Shown piece by piece: positions 1 to 10,300 of a DNA stretch of 64,000 bases. The stretch is from a virus. Within the stretch, counting starts at the first letter, position 1. The number at the start of each line of letters is the position of its first letter. The DNA is taken from positions 22,413 to 86,412 of IMG/VR virus record IMGVR_UViG_3300032242_001644; one strand, written 5' to 3'. Both the position numbers and the translations under genes were made by a program. The notes under the pieces were generated by a model that was given only the letters and a program-made list of their open reading frames with translations, did not search any database and was not told the origin of the DNA.

Positions 1-1
1 C

Positions 2-1219
2 TTTTAAACTCTGGATGGCATTAAGTCCATCGTCACCCGCTGGGAATGCTTCGCTAACTAACGGCTGTAATTGTCTAATAGCGGCATCGCGTTGTTCTGG
101 GTCTTGGATAGCACTAGTTTCACCTAGTCCCATTACCCATGATTCAAACTTGTCAAAATCAGTGACTTCAATATCTTCTTCTATCTCTTCAGAATTCATT
201 TGTTCAGTAGATGTCATGGCGACTATGTCGTCGTAGCCTACGTCGGACGCTTCTTTCATGAGTCTGTAGATCACTGGAAATACAGATGCAATGTCCTCTT
301 TGAAATTCTTAACTGTAAATTTGTCTGTGTAATCAGCGATTACATCTTCTGGAATTTCTTCTTGAATGTTTGCCTGGAAAGACTCTTTGTATGCTTGGTA
401 GTGGCTTTGTTTTGCTAACTTAGCTAGGGTTTCGCGTAGCTTGTTTAAGTGGCCTTGACTGCGTTCAACGATACCATTTGTATCGCTATTCATTAGATCG
501 TTACGCACAACATAATTACTAAAACTTCTTAATTGAGCAATTTCTTCACTCATGCCTACAATGCTCTTGCCTATGTCGTCATATGGTGCGCCACCATTGG
601 CCACGTGACGTTGCATGGCACGGGCACCTGCCAAGTGGATGAAAGGATATTTAAAACGCTCCCCGTCACCGTTCTCAACAAACAATGCTGAGATGTTTCT
701 GCTTCTAGCACCAGGAGTCATTTCTTCTGGTAGTGCATTTTTATGTTTAATAATTAACCGTGTGTTTTCAAGTTTCTGAAAACTGGTTTTATTTGTACCG
801 TACATTGCTGCTTCACTCATAATACTTTCTCCGACTTGGGCGTTGTTCTGACTTAGGAATTTAAAATCATTTTTATCTAGATTATCTTTGGCAATGTCTC
901 TAGTGTCAAACGACAGTAGACGACTTTTTGCAAACATACGTAATTCTTTTAAGAAATCGTACCATTCATTTTTTTGTACAGGATCCATATCTTCTGCTAG
1001 GTTATCGCTGTAGTAAACTTTCATGCTACCGTTTTCTGCAAGACTAATACTAACATGCCCAATTGGTGTTTCACCGTGCATATAGTCAAAGTCGAAGAAT
1101 GCCGCTTCCTCGGGATTGATAGTCACTTGTCCGTCGGGTGCGCCTAGTGTTAGCCCTGTAAATCTACTTCGAATTTTGTAGAATAGGTCTGTGCTAATTG
1201 ATTTAATCGTGTTTTCCAT
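2..1219 (-). CDS. Phage hypothetical protein, partial (runs off the left edge); not in the ORF track
   Basis: ATG at 1219 opens a frame MENTIKSISTDLFYKIRSRF...GERFKYPFIHLAGARAMQRHVANGG... with no stop before the window edge. A TAAATA box lies 7 nt upstream. Confidence 0.8.
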   Translation of the reverse strand, partial: MENTIKSISTDLFYKIRSRFTGLTLGAPDGQVTINPEEAAFFDFDYMHGETPIGHVSISLAENGSMKVYYSDNLAEDMDPVQKNEWYDFLKELRMFAKSRLLSFDTRDIAKDNLDKNDFKFLSQNNAQVGESIMSEAAMYGTNKTSFQKLENTRLIIKHKNALPEEMTPGARSRNISALFVENGDGERFKYPFIHLAGARAMQRHVANGGAPYDDIGKSIVGMSEEIAQLRSFSNYVVRNDLMNSDTNGIVERSQGHLNKLRETLAKLAKQSHYQAYKESFQANIQEEIPEDVIADYTDKFTVKNFKEDIASVFPVIYRLMKEASDVGYDDIVAMTSTEQMNSEEIEEDIEVTDFDKFESWVMGLGETSAIQDPEQRDAAIRQLQPLVSEAFPAGDDGLNAIQSLK

Positions 1220-1233
1220 GGTAATATATTTAT

Positions 1234-2826
1234 TTAAAATCCAGAACTAAAGAACGGCATTGGAAGTTGTTCTTCCGTTAATCTTTCAGACATTTTGTCA
1301 TAGATTTGTGGATCCCAATCTGCTAGTACATCTGCCATACGTATGCACAATAGCATGGCCATAACTAGGTCGTCGTGCTCGCCTGTTTTTGCACCAAATC
1401 CAACACCATGCGCTACGAATGTTTTTAATTCGGACAACAGGGGTTTAGAGTATATCTGCATTCTACGTGTTTCAATTAGACTCTTGAATTTAGAACATGC
1501 TGTAATCTTACTGCGATGTGTGGTGTTAAAGCCCTTACGGAATTTACGTATATGGCCCTTGCGTATTGGCTCACTTAGGAATAGCCCATTAATCGATTCT
1601 TCGCCAAGGTCCTTAATGACTACCAGTGCTGCTTCACCAATTGAGTTGTTTTCAACACTGTAATAGATATTAGACGCACTGCCAGCGCCACCTTTTTCCA
1701 CCATCTGATCATTAATGTATTTTGTGATATCGCGTAGATGTCGAACTTGAGATTGGATAGGTGTTAGATTATGTCGCCATTCTGCCACCTGTTTCATTGT
1801 GGGCATTTCAAATACTTGAATAGCGGCATAGTCACCGCCTGTACCTAGACTAGGATCTAATGCCACAAGGTACGTGCATTTGGGATCAATTTCTTTGTAC
1901 CAACGAGTTTGTCCCATAGTCATAATAGGATCAACACCTTTCATTTCAGATAGGTGTATGGTGTTGATTAGTGTTTCGTCGAAGATTAAGAATTCACAAT
2001 CAAACTCACGACGGAAACGTTCTTCACCAATTTTGGCACGCTCAACGTTGGCCCATGCTTCGTCACGGAAAGGATTTTCACTCCAGTGTGCAAAGAAAGG
2101 AAAGAATCCATTTACACCTAGCTCAGTTTCGTTTCCATGTTCGTCAAACTTTCTATTAGCTTCTGTCCAGATTAGAGCAAATTGATCTTCATCACTGTTT
2201 GGTGTCGATGTAATCATACACTTACCACCTGTTGACAGCGTAGGACTTAATGCTGTCCAGAATTCTTTGGCTTTTTCTGGCGGTTGTACGAATGCAAACT
2301 CATCACAATAAATTAGTGAAAGGGATTTACCACGACCGGTATTTTCTGTTGTGGTAGTTGCTTGAATACGTGCGCCATTATCGTATTCGATAGTATTTCT
2401 GTTATATGAGTAAACACCGGCACGAATAAAGTCCGGCAAATTTTCGTAACCAAAACGGTAACGATTCATAATATCCTGCGCACCTTCATATTTGTGAGCA
2501 GCGATTAGTACTTGACATTCTGGTATAAACATTGTATACCATAACAGATAACCAGTAGCGCAAGTAGTTTTACCCATCTGGCGCGGTAACATGGCAATGC
2601 TATCTTTGTGATTATGATACGATTGAATTAATCGTTCTTGATATTCGTACGGCTCAAAGGGGATAGCACCTCGAACCGGGTGTTGAATCTTTAGAAACGT
2701 TTTACAAAAATATAAAGGCCCATCTACCGGATCCATACACTTTTCAAGATGTTGAATCTCTTCTAAAGTATATTTCTGTTTGGCGTGGGCCTTTTTAATT
2801 AAGACGCCATCGAGGCTTTTACTCAT
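1234..2826 (-). CDS. gp17: Terminase large subunit (T4 gp17-like)
   Basis: Adenine-binding YEYQ, Walker A PRQMGKTT, Walker B LIYCDEFAF, coupling motif ITSTPN, and RNase H-like nuclease motifs LDPSLGTGGDY and HDDLVMA. Confidence 0.96.
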   Translation of the reverse strand: MSKSLDGVLIKKAHAKQKYTLEEIQHLEKCMDPVDGPLYFCKTFLKIQHPVRGAIPFEPYEYQERLIQSYHNHKDSIAMLPRQMGKTTCATGYLLWYTMFIPECQVLIAAHKYEGAQDIMNRYRFGYENLPDFIRAGVYSYNRNTIEYDNGARIQATTTTENTGRGKSLSLIYCDEFAFVQPPEKAKEFWTALSPTLSTGGKCMITSTPNSDEDQFALIWTEANRKFDEHGNETELGVNGFFPFFAHWSENPFRDEAWANVERAKIGEERFRREFDCEFLIFDETLINTIHLSEMKGVDPIMTMGQTRWYKEIDPKCTYLVALDPSLGTGGDYAAIQVFEMPTMKQVAEWRHNLTPIQSQVRHLRDITKYINDQMVEKGGAGSASNIYYSVENNSIGEAALVVIKDLGEESINGLFLSEPIRKGHIRKFRKGFNTTHRSKITACSKFKSLIETRRMQIYSKPLLSELKTFVAHGVGFGAKTGEHDDLVMAMLLCIRMADVLADWDPQIYDKMSERLTEEQLPMPFFSSGF

Positions 2827-2841
2827 GTACGTCCTTGAATA

Positions 2842-3495
2842 TTACTTGGTTTTGTATTGCTGATACAGATTAGCCAACCCTTCTCTAATTGACTCAACAC
2901 TCTCCATACCCATTGGATTATCACCTTGCTTGTAACTATGCTTGTGCATGGTCTGCTGACGGCCTAAACCACCTGACAACTTGTTGACCATGAAGTCAGT
3001 GTCTTGATACTCTGGATCAGGAGTCGTAGATGCATCATATGCACCTTCTTTTTCCATTTCATCTTCTTCAGATTCGTGATCAGTACTTAGTTCGATGTCA
3101 TCATTGCCGTCGCCGTCGATATCAATACCTATCTCTTTTTCACCACCAAGGTCAACACCGTCAATATCGTGTGTTGCATCATGATTTGGTTCATCAGTAA
3201 CAGCTGGCAACATTTCTGGTTTATCACCCATTGAGCTGATGCTGGCAATGTGCGGTTCAGAAGTCAATGCTGGCATTGCTGGACCTTTCTGGCTAATCAT
3301 ATCAGGATTAACTTTGGTCATTAATTTTAATAGACTTTCAATGTTGTCCATTCCTTGAGCATTTAAATTAACACTCATTGATGGGTGTGATGGAGGCATT
3401 TGGCCGCCTTCTGTCCATTGACCCATGTCACCACATTCTGCAATAACTGGTTTGTCTAGGTCATAAATTTTCTTGTATAATTCGTTGAAGTTCAT
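2842..3495 (-). CDS. Acidic hypothetical protein (possible head or core component)
   Basis: 217 aa ORF with an AAGGA RBS; D/E-rich low-complexity centre including DIDGDGNDD. Confidence 0.7.
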   Translation of the reverse strand: MNFNELYKKIYDLDKPVIAECGDMGQWTEGGQMPPSHPSMSVNLNAQGMDNIESLLKLMTKVNPDMISQKGPAMPALTSEPHIASISSMGDKPEMLPAVTDEPNHDATHDIDGVDLGGEKEIGIDIDGDGNDDIELSTDHESEEDEMEKEGAYDASTTPDPEYQDTDFMVNKLSGGLGRQQTMHKHSYKQGDNPMGMESVESIREGLANLYQQYKTK

Positions 3496-3506
3496 AGTAC
3501 GATTCC

Positions 3507-4094
3507 TTATTCGTTTTCTGGCAGCTTGTTTTGATGCGATCCTACTGGACTAGAAGTTTTACTTCCATAGTCTGGTCCTGCATCCTTTGCGCCTGCCTTA
3601 ACGTCCTTCTGACCTAGGTCTTTTTTACGTTGCTTGGATGCTTTGTCTAAATCTTTTAAGAAACTCTTATTGTATGCATCGCCAAAATAGTTTTTAAACT
3701 TTTCGCCTTTTTCATACGGAGTATCTAATAATGCCTTTGCATTAGTTTTTGCACTTGGATCATAATTAATATCTGCTTCATTAGCACCACGAACGCGAAT
3801 GTGTGCTTCATGCATGCCAAAATCAGCTACTAACATGTTTACAATTTCTGGACTAATAATTGGATAGTCCAGATCTACTTCGTACATGGTAACAGATGCA
3901 TTTTTTACTTCTGGAAAATCCATTGGACTTTCTTGTACAGGAGTAGTTTTAGTCTTTTCAAATCTGCAAACACTGTATTTTTCCAATGCGGCTTTAAATT
4001 TAGCTTCAAAGCCCTCAGGAATAGGACATGCGATTTTAATTTTAAAAGGGTAAACCTTTTTGCTTTCGGTGAGATATTCTTTTAGGGTTTTCAT
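3507..4094 (-). CDS. Hypothetical protein, possible head-internal protein
   Basis: 195 aa. N-terminus MKTLKEYLTES resembles the T4 capsid-targeting sequence. ATAAATA box 5 nt upstream. Confidence 0.7.
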   Translation of the reverse strand: MKTLKEYLTESKKVYPFKIKIACPIPEGFEAKFKAALEKYSVCRFEKTKTTPVQESPMDFPEVKNASVTMYEVDLDYPIISPEIVNMLVADFGMHEAHIRVRGANEADINYDPSAKTNAKALLDTPYEKGEKFKNYFGDAYNKSFLKDLDKASKQRKKDLGQKDVKAGAKDAGPDYGSKTSSPVGSHQNKLPENE

Positions 4095-4105
4095 AGTTGT
4101 ATTTA

Positions 4106-4582
4106 TTATTTTCCGCCCAGTTTTTTCATTAATTCGTTACGGTCAATGTGTACAAAGCCCGCACCATTAATGATGTTTTCCCCGGCGCTTTCCGGAGTAT
4201 CACGGTCAATCTTAAGTTTCTTTAACTGTAGATCAACAACTTTTAACTTTTTATCAAACTTGGCTGCTTTGGCGTCAATAGCATTTTTCAGCATGCCGCC
4301 TGCTACTTCGAATATACGCCCACTATAGCGCACTTCTACATTCATGCCTAGATCCATTAGGTCATCATAGGCTGCTTCTGCCTTGTCTGCTAGTCTATCT
4401 AGTTCCTGATCGCCCATCATTTCGAGGCCATCTAAACTGGGTAAACTTTTGGATATTCTATCAACTTCCTGAAAACTCTGTTCTAAACTACGTACATCTT
4501 CTTTGCTGTCAACAGGAACTGCTTCTACTTTAGTTGGAGTAGAATCGTCAAGATTGAATAATGTTTCTAGTTTCTTTGTCAT
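4106..4582 (-). CDS. Probable terminase small subunit (gp16-like)
   Basis: 158 aa helical protein with YDDLMDL..RIFEVAGGMLK..DLQLKK..RNELMKKL, a pattern resembling gp16; lies close upstream of terL. Confidence 0.6.
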   Translation of the reverse strand: MTKKLETLFNLDDSTPTKVEAVPVDSKEDVRSLEQSFQEVDRISKSLPSLDGLEMMGDQELDRLADKAEAAYDDLMDLGMNVEVRYSGRIFEVAGGMLKNAIDAKAAKFDKKLKVVDLQLKKLKIDRDTPESAGENIINGAGFVHIDRNELMKKLGGK

Positions 4583-4593
4583 AAAACTACTTA

Positions 4594-5031
4594 TCAGCGT
4601 TTGGCACCTTGGTGAAAAATATCATTCTCATTTACGACCCTGAAGACGAGCCCTTGCTGTTTGCACCAAGCGGTTGCTGCTTCCCATTTGGCAAGATTCT
4701 TGATATATTGCTCTTGGTTGTACTTACTCTTACCAACTTGCTCTCTAAAGGTTTGACTAGCGGGTTTAACTTCGATAACTTCTGCATGTTTTTTTCCATT
4801 TTTATCTGCATACACCATGAAGAAGTCCGGAACGTAGATTGTATATCTACCAGTTAACGGATCCTGATAGGGTATTTGTATGCTTTCGCTTGCCCAATTT
4901 AATACACCGGGATTTTCATCAAGCATACGCATAAACACAAACTCCCAGGAACTGCGTGCCAAGGGAGTTTTCTTTCCTACATATTTGTCGGGATTCTTCA
5001 TATCGAAGCGTCCCTGGGCGAATTTAGCCAT
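4594..5031 (-). CDS. gp4: Head completion nuclease (T4 gp4-like, TnsA-type PD-(D/E)xK)
   Basis: Motifs GRF..KNPDKYVG, RSSWE, WASESIQIPY, YVPDF, IEVKP and NLAKWEAA. Confidence 0.9.
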   Translation of the reverse strand: MAKFAQGRFDMKNPDKYVGKKTPLARSSWEFVFMRMLDENPGVLNWASESIQIPYQDPLTGRYTIYVPDFFMVYADKNGKKHAEVIEVKPASQTFREQVGKSKYNQEQYIKNLAKWEAATAWCKQQGLVFRVVNENDIFHQGAKR

Positions 5032-5408
5032 TACTGTACAATATTTCTTGTTTGGTTATATTTGTCAACACTGGCAATTTTAAATCCTAATGTAGACGAG
5101 TTGGACCTGTTGTTATTTAATATTTCTCCAACTAGTGCAGATAATTGTATACCTTCAAAATTCTTCAATGTATCTAATAATTTAAAGACTGGCATTGAAT
5201 CAATCTTTGCCTGTTTTAACAAAACCATTCCCGTGGTCTGTGCGGCCTGATCCCCAAACCCCTTACTGGTAAAAAATCCAATAACTGCATCGACATCGGC
5301 GCCTGCAAACACCAGCGGTACTTGACCGTATTGATCAAAATATAATTTTGTACCAGCGGCACTATCATTAGGAGTTGCCCAAGGTAAATTAGTTTTAGTT
5401 GTGCTCAT
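5031..5408 (-). CDS. Hypothetical protein
   Basis: ORF coupled to both neighbours. The likely start is ATG 5408, overlapping the upstream TGA (ATGA). Confidence 0.7.
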   Translation of the reverse strand: MSTTKTNLPWATPNDSAAGTKLYFDQYGQVPLVFAGADVDAVIGFFTSKGFGDQAAQTTGMVLLKQAKIDSMPVFKLLDTLKNFEGIQLSALVGEILNNNRSNSSTLGFKIASVDKYNQTRNIVQ

Positions 5409-6577
5409 CCGTACCATCCTACATTAGTTACTCCATCCGGAATTACTCGTTGTATAATGTCACCGTTGGGGCCAATAGATGGTATCATTGTATATCCGGG
5501 AGTACTTGGTTCAGTTACTGCTTTGGCAGTAGCAGTGGTTGTATCTTGATTATCGTTTGTATTCTGGCTCTTAGGAAATACTGAGCCAACTAGTCCGCCA
5601 ACAATGCCAACTGCCCCGGCAATGCCAACGGGACTAGTTAAAATATTAATTGCTTCATTCTTAAGACCAGCACTGGTAAGATTTCTAAGATTAGTCATGG
5701 TGTTGACCGCAGTGACCGCAGTTGACAAGAATCCCAATGGACTGTTAAATGCTGTTCCGTCGGCAACACTACCAAACACTGATTCTAATCCAGACAACAC
5801 ACCACCTTGACCAGTTAGTGTTGCAGTGCCGCCACCTGCCATACTTAATGGGCTTGGTAAGTTGTCATAATGTAATGTTGCAAATCCTTTAGGTGTTCCT
5901 TTCTTAACCGCGCCGCCGGAATAGATAACACTTTCGTAGGCAATGGTCATGGTATTTTCCATTGGTGTTTGTGAATCCGATTGACTAACCTGGCCGTGTT
6001 GCCAGGCAGTGATCATTGGGTTAACTAGTGTGTAGCCAAGGAATCTACGCTGACTCATTGTATAGATGCTGATGCTTTTAAAGAATGGTACACTGACATC
6101 ATTATCAAAACCGTTTCTATACATGTTTCCTAGATAAGGATTTGGAGAATAGGCATTTAGTGGGACATTACGATCTCTGTAATAATAGCCGTAGTACAGT
6201 GCCCACATGGCATTGGTTACACCTTCGGAATCATCATGCAAGGTAAGATTAATTGGGTCGTAGCTGATCATTTTCTGCACAACTTTTTTACGGTTATACT
6301 GATTTTTAGTAACAGTTTCAATTGTGAATTTAGGAAGGTCCGCAGTCTTGATCAACATTTCTGTTTCGCCAATGTGCTTGCCCTTGAAAGTTGGGCTTTG
6401 CATGGCCATGGGATCAATTTCAAATACCACATGGTAGGAGAATTTAGTGCGGGGAGCCAGTCTATAGTTACCATCGAGATACAGTCGTTCAGCATGACGC
6501 CAATCACCTAGTTGACCTTTGGGATTAGTGATGCCTTGTGCTACGCCGGTTAAAAATTTTGTAAATGGTGAGGCCAT
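5405..6577 (-). CDS. Tail-tube-fold protein (gp19 paralog or gp54/gp48-like tube initiator) with low-complexity C-terminus
   Basis: KTADLPKFTIET..NQYNRK...YDPINLTLHDD and MTIAYE motifs parallel the tube protein directly upstream. Confidence 0.65.
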   Translation of the reverse strand: MASPFTKFLTGVAQGITNPKGQLGDWRHAERLYLDGNYRLAPRTKFSYHVVFEIDPMAMQSPTFKGKHIGETEMLIKTADLPKFTIETVTKNQYNRKKVVQKMISYDPINLTLHDDSEGVTNAMWALYYGYYYRDRNVPLNAYSPNPYLGNMYRNGFDNDVSVPFFKSISIYTMSQRRFLGYTLVNPMITAWQHGQVSQSDSQTPMENTMTIAYESVIYSGGAVKKGTPKGFATLHYDNLPSPLSMAGGGTATLTGQGGVLSGLESVFGSVADGTAFNSPLGFLSTAVTAVNTMTNLRNLTSAGLKNEAINILTSPVGIAGAVGIVGGLVGSVFPKSQNTNDNQDTTTATAKAVTEPSTPGYTMIPSIGPNGDIIQRVIPDGVTNVGWYG

Positions 6578-6595
6578 TGATGTCTCCGATACAAT

Positions 6596-6602
6596 TATTT
6601 AT
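6596..6602 (-). promoter_or_regulatory. T4-type late promoter box (ATAAATA)
   Basis: Immediately downstream of the gp19 terminator and upstream of the RBS of 5405..6577. Confidence 0.65.
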
Positions 6603-6606
6603 TCAT

Positions 6607-6633
6607 AAAAAAACCCGAGTAAAAACTCGGGTT
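6607..6633 (-). terminator. Rho-independent terminator after the tail tube gene
   Basis: Stem AACCCGAGT/ACTCGGGTT with a 4-nt loop, running into a T tract on the minus strand. Confidence 0.85.
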
Positions 6634-6654
6634 CTTGCCAGAACATAAACGTTA

Positions 6655-7296
6655 TTAAATGTTACCGCCACCTGTAGTAGCTGTACCAAGTGTTCTTGCG
6701 CCGATTGTACGACCAATACCGTCAACAACACCACCTTTATATTGGATAGCGTTATCGTAGCGCAGTGTCAATGCAACTGTTGCTTCTTCGTTAGTTGCAT
6801 AGTTTAGATCACCGTAGTCAGCGGCTTGAACAAAACAGCCATACATTTCAATTGTTTCTAAAATGTTTGGAGTCTGAGCACCGTTTCCGCCGTCCATCAC
6901 TTCAATTTTAGTTGTAAACTTGTAATCTTGTCCAGATGCTGCACCAGCTTGCTCATAGAAGTCTAATTGCTTCTGTAGTTGCTCACCGACTAGACGTTGA
7001 ACGTTGCCTGAAGCATCATCACGTAGAGTAAGTGTCATTGCTTCCCATGTGTGCTTACCAGCCAAATAAACCTTGCTGTTGTAAACGTCTAGGGTGATTT
7101 CTTCAAACGCAACCTTAGGACGAGTTGCATCCTTAACCTGTTTTGTTAATTCTGTAGTAACTGTGCCATTGGCACCGAAACCTTGTAGAAGTACACGGAA
7201 TCTGTACTTTAGTTTTGGCATTAACAAGCCTTGCGAGCTTGAGCTTGCGTCACTTGCTAATGGTACTGTAAATCTTGATAGTGTTGAAATTGCCAT
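6655..7296 (-). CDS. gp19: Tail tube protein (gp19-like)
   Basis: PKLKYRFRV, RPKVAFEEITL.VYNSKVYLAGKHTWE.MTLTLRDD and YGDLNY...LTLRYDNA; directly follows the sheath gene. Confidence 0.9.
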   Translation of the reverse strand: MAISTLSRFTVPLASDASSSSQGLLMPKLKYRFRVLLQGFGANGTVTTELTKQVKDATRPKVAFEEITLDVYNSKVYLAGKHTWEAMTLTLRDDASGNVQRLVGEQLQKQLDFYEQAGAASGQDYKFTTKIEVMDGGNGAQTPNILETIEMYGCFVQAADYGDLNYATNEEATVALTLRYDNAIQYKGGVVDGIGRTIGARTLGTATTGGGNI

Positions 7297-7317
7297 ATTA
7301 TTATGCTCCGGATATTG

Positions 7318-7358
7318 TATTTACCATTTAGGTAAAGTGAGGAATTACCCCCACTTTA
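7318..7358 (-). promoter_or_regulatory. Intergenic hairpin plus late promoter box (GTAAATA) between sheath and tube genes
   Basis: Inverted repeat TAAAGTG/CACTTTA at 7333-7358, then GTAAATA at 7324-7318 and a GGAG RBS. Confidence 0.55.
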
Positions 7359-7360
7359 AC

Positions 7361-10300
7361 TTATCCCTTTAGCTCTCCTGTATTCAATAGACGTAATGGA
7401 ATGTAGATGAATTCGATTGCTTTTACTGGCTCAATCGCAATGTCAAGATACAATTCATTTCTGTCAATTCTAGTTTTTGTGTTGTTAGTTTCATCACAAA
7501 CTACAGCAAAGTCATAGATAGCACGTAGACCGACTAATTCAAGCAATAGTGATTCTGCTGCTTGTTTAATTTCGTCACGTGTAATCTTATCGTTAGGTTC
7601 AAATACATACGGCTTAGCTAGTTTGTTCAACTGGCTACGTAGATATACAACCAAACGTGCTACATTGATACGATCTAAAGCACTTGCGTTTTTAGCACGA
7701 GTCTTCTGACCATAGTTAACTAGGCCAACACCGTTGAAGAATGTAATTGGGTTAACTTTAATATCATACAATGTATTACGTTGACCTTCGTTCAAGCTAA
7801 CTTGTTGGAACTCACCGCTGGCTGCGTCGATATAACCAACTGCTGTTGCGTTGGTAATACCACCACGACGTGTTCCTGCTGGAGCAAACCATGGATAGCT
7901 AACTTGGTCACTTAGCGTGATAGTTTTTAGCATCATGTGGCTAGCTGGAACAACAATATAGTTGCCGTAGTTGTCAGTTGTGTAACCGTTTGGATAAAAT
8001 GCTGCGGTGTACTCGTCGTATGTAACGATACCCTTGTCATTGTTATCCAATGCACCTGCTGCGTTTCCGCCCCAGTTGGTTAGTGTTGTAGCATCTGCTT
8101 TTAAACGTAATGGTGTATCAGCAACTACAAAAGATGTCAACTTACGATCAATGTTCAAGTTAACTAGGTTGCTCATTAGCTCTGGATAACCAGGGCAAGC
8201 AATCAAGTTGAACACACGTAGTTCTGTTTCACGGATATCGCTAGTAGTATCAACAGTGGCTTTCAATGCAGATACAACTGCCTTACGCTGTGCTAAACGA
8301 CCAAATGTACCTGAGCCATCTTCGTTAGTACCGCTTTCACTAACCCAACGATCAGTCAGGTAAGCAGCTTGGCTTTCGTTGTTGAAGCGAACGTTATCAG
8401 CTGTACGGTCAACGTGACCACGTGCAAAACGTTTTACATTGAAACCGCTACGACGTAGGTTCCATAGCAACATACCTGCAGGGTATAGTGCTGGATCTGG
8501 TGCATCTGTATCTAAGAAATCACTAATTAGTAGATCCTTAATTGTTGATGCATGTACACTCTGACCGTTAGTATCCCAACGTGCATCGGCAAACAATACA
8601 CCTTCTTCAGTTGTTTGGTCTGACTTGTCAAGTAAAACATATTTCTGTAGGTCACCGCTGTAACGATAGATAGTTGGATAGTTTTCTAGATCAGCTGTGC
8701 TAATCCATATGTCACCATCAACTAGCATAGTACCGTCACTTTGTGTAGTTGGCTTGCTGGCTGCAACTTGTGGACCTGCTGGGTCTGTGGAAGGGAATAT
8801 GTTTTTATAACCTTTCCATGTTGTACCATTGTGAACCATAATGTCCACTTCTTCGATCATACTTGAATACCATAGTTGACCGTCTAGTGCTTCTTCTAAT
8901 GGTGCGCTTGCTGCTGCAACATAGTCAGAACCTAGTGGCTTCCAATTACTTGCGATGAAATCATCACCTTCAGCAGCATATGCACCTGCAGGAGCCATGT
9001 ATAAATTAGCTGTTGCAGTTAATGCATTTGATCCGTCAAATCCAATAAATCCAATGTCTAAAAACACATCGTCGGTATCAGCAATACGAATTTCACCACC
9101 TAAGATGTGCTTAATTTCAATTCGTCCGCCAACAACGTTTGCAGTGACATTGACTAAATTAGAATTTGTAAATGCTGTTGCAATAGTGTTTGCATCACGA
9201 GCATCGCCAAAGAATTCGCCAAATGTAACAGTTACTGGGCTTGACAATGCTGCTTGGCCTTTTAAACTTTCTCTAATAGTCACTTGAAGTCCGGCACCAT
9301 GTGCTGACAATGTGCCTGTACCAATTATACCGGAAGTAACGGTAGTTGCTGCACCGGCATTAACACGCTTGAATAATTTAAATGATGCTGTTTGTGGAGT
9401 AGTATCATATCCTGTATCTTCTGTATAGTTGTACTGTGCAAATACAGTATTTGTAGGGATAGATAATCCACCAATTTTGTCTAATTCAAAGATAGCAGCT
9501 TGTGGGCTGGCCAATAATGGAGCTGATTGCTCAACCCATGCTAGTGTAGTACCATTCCAACGCTTGACTCTCCAACGTGCGCCTAGATTAGGTTCAGTTG
9601 TTTTAATCCATACGCTACCTGTAGGACGGTTGTCGCTCGCTGCCTTGAATGGAGGAACACTAGTATGTGGAGACATTTGTAATACTGGGCACTTGTATGT
9701 GCCAGCTGTCATACCAATAGTTGCTAGTAGATTAGTTGGACTACCATCTGCTAATGTAATTGTACCATTATGTGCTTCGCCAGTTGTAAACAACTGTAGA
9801 CGACCGTTAACACCTAATGCAGTAACACCCGTAATAGCTAGTGAGTTAATTTTGTTAACTAAACTTTGTAGTGTTGTACCTGGATTACTTACCAGTGTAC
9901 CGTTAATTGTACATGTTGCATCGTTAGCAACTGTTGCATTTGCAGTTCCTACGATTGTAGGGAATGCATTTGTCCACTCGTTGTCACCAACTAGAACCCA
10001 CTTGTTGCTGATCACACCAGTGGATGGGTTTACAATACGCTTGTTATAGAATATTTTTGGTGTTGATGTATATGTAACAACTGCATAATCGCCGGACATG
10101 CCAACGCTGGTCTTTGGAGCCCAACCGTAGTCTTGTGTATTTTCTAGCTTGTCAGCGTCGTCAACTGTTAATACAATTGGTTTTTCGTTCATAAACGACT
10201 GACCGCCATCAACTTTTGCGGCTCCATTCCACTCAAAAATACCATAAGTAGAATTAGTAGTGTCTAACCACCATTGTCCGTTTAATGGATTTGATCCAGG

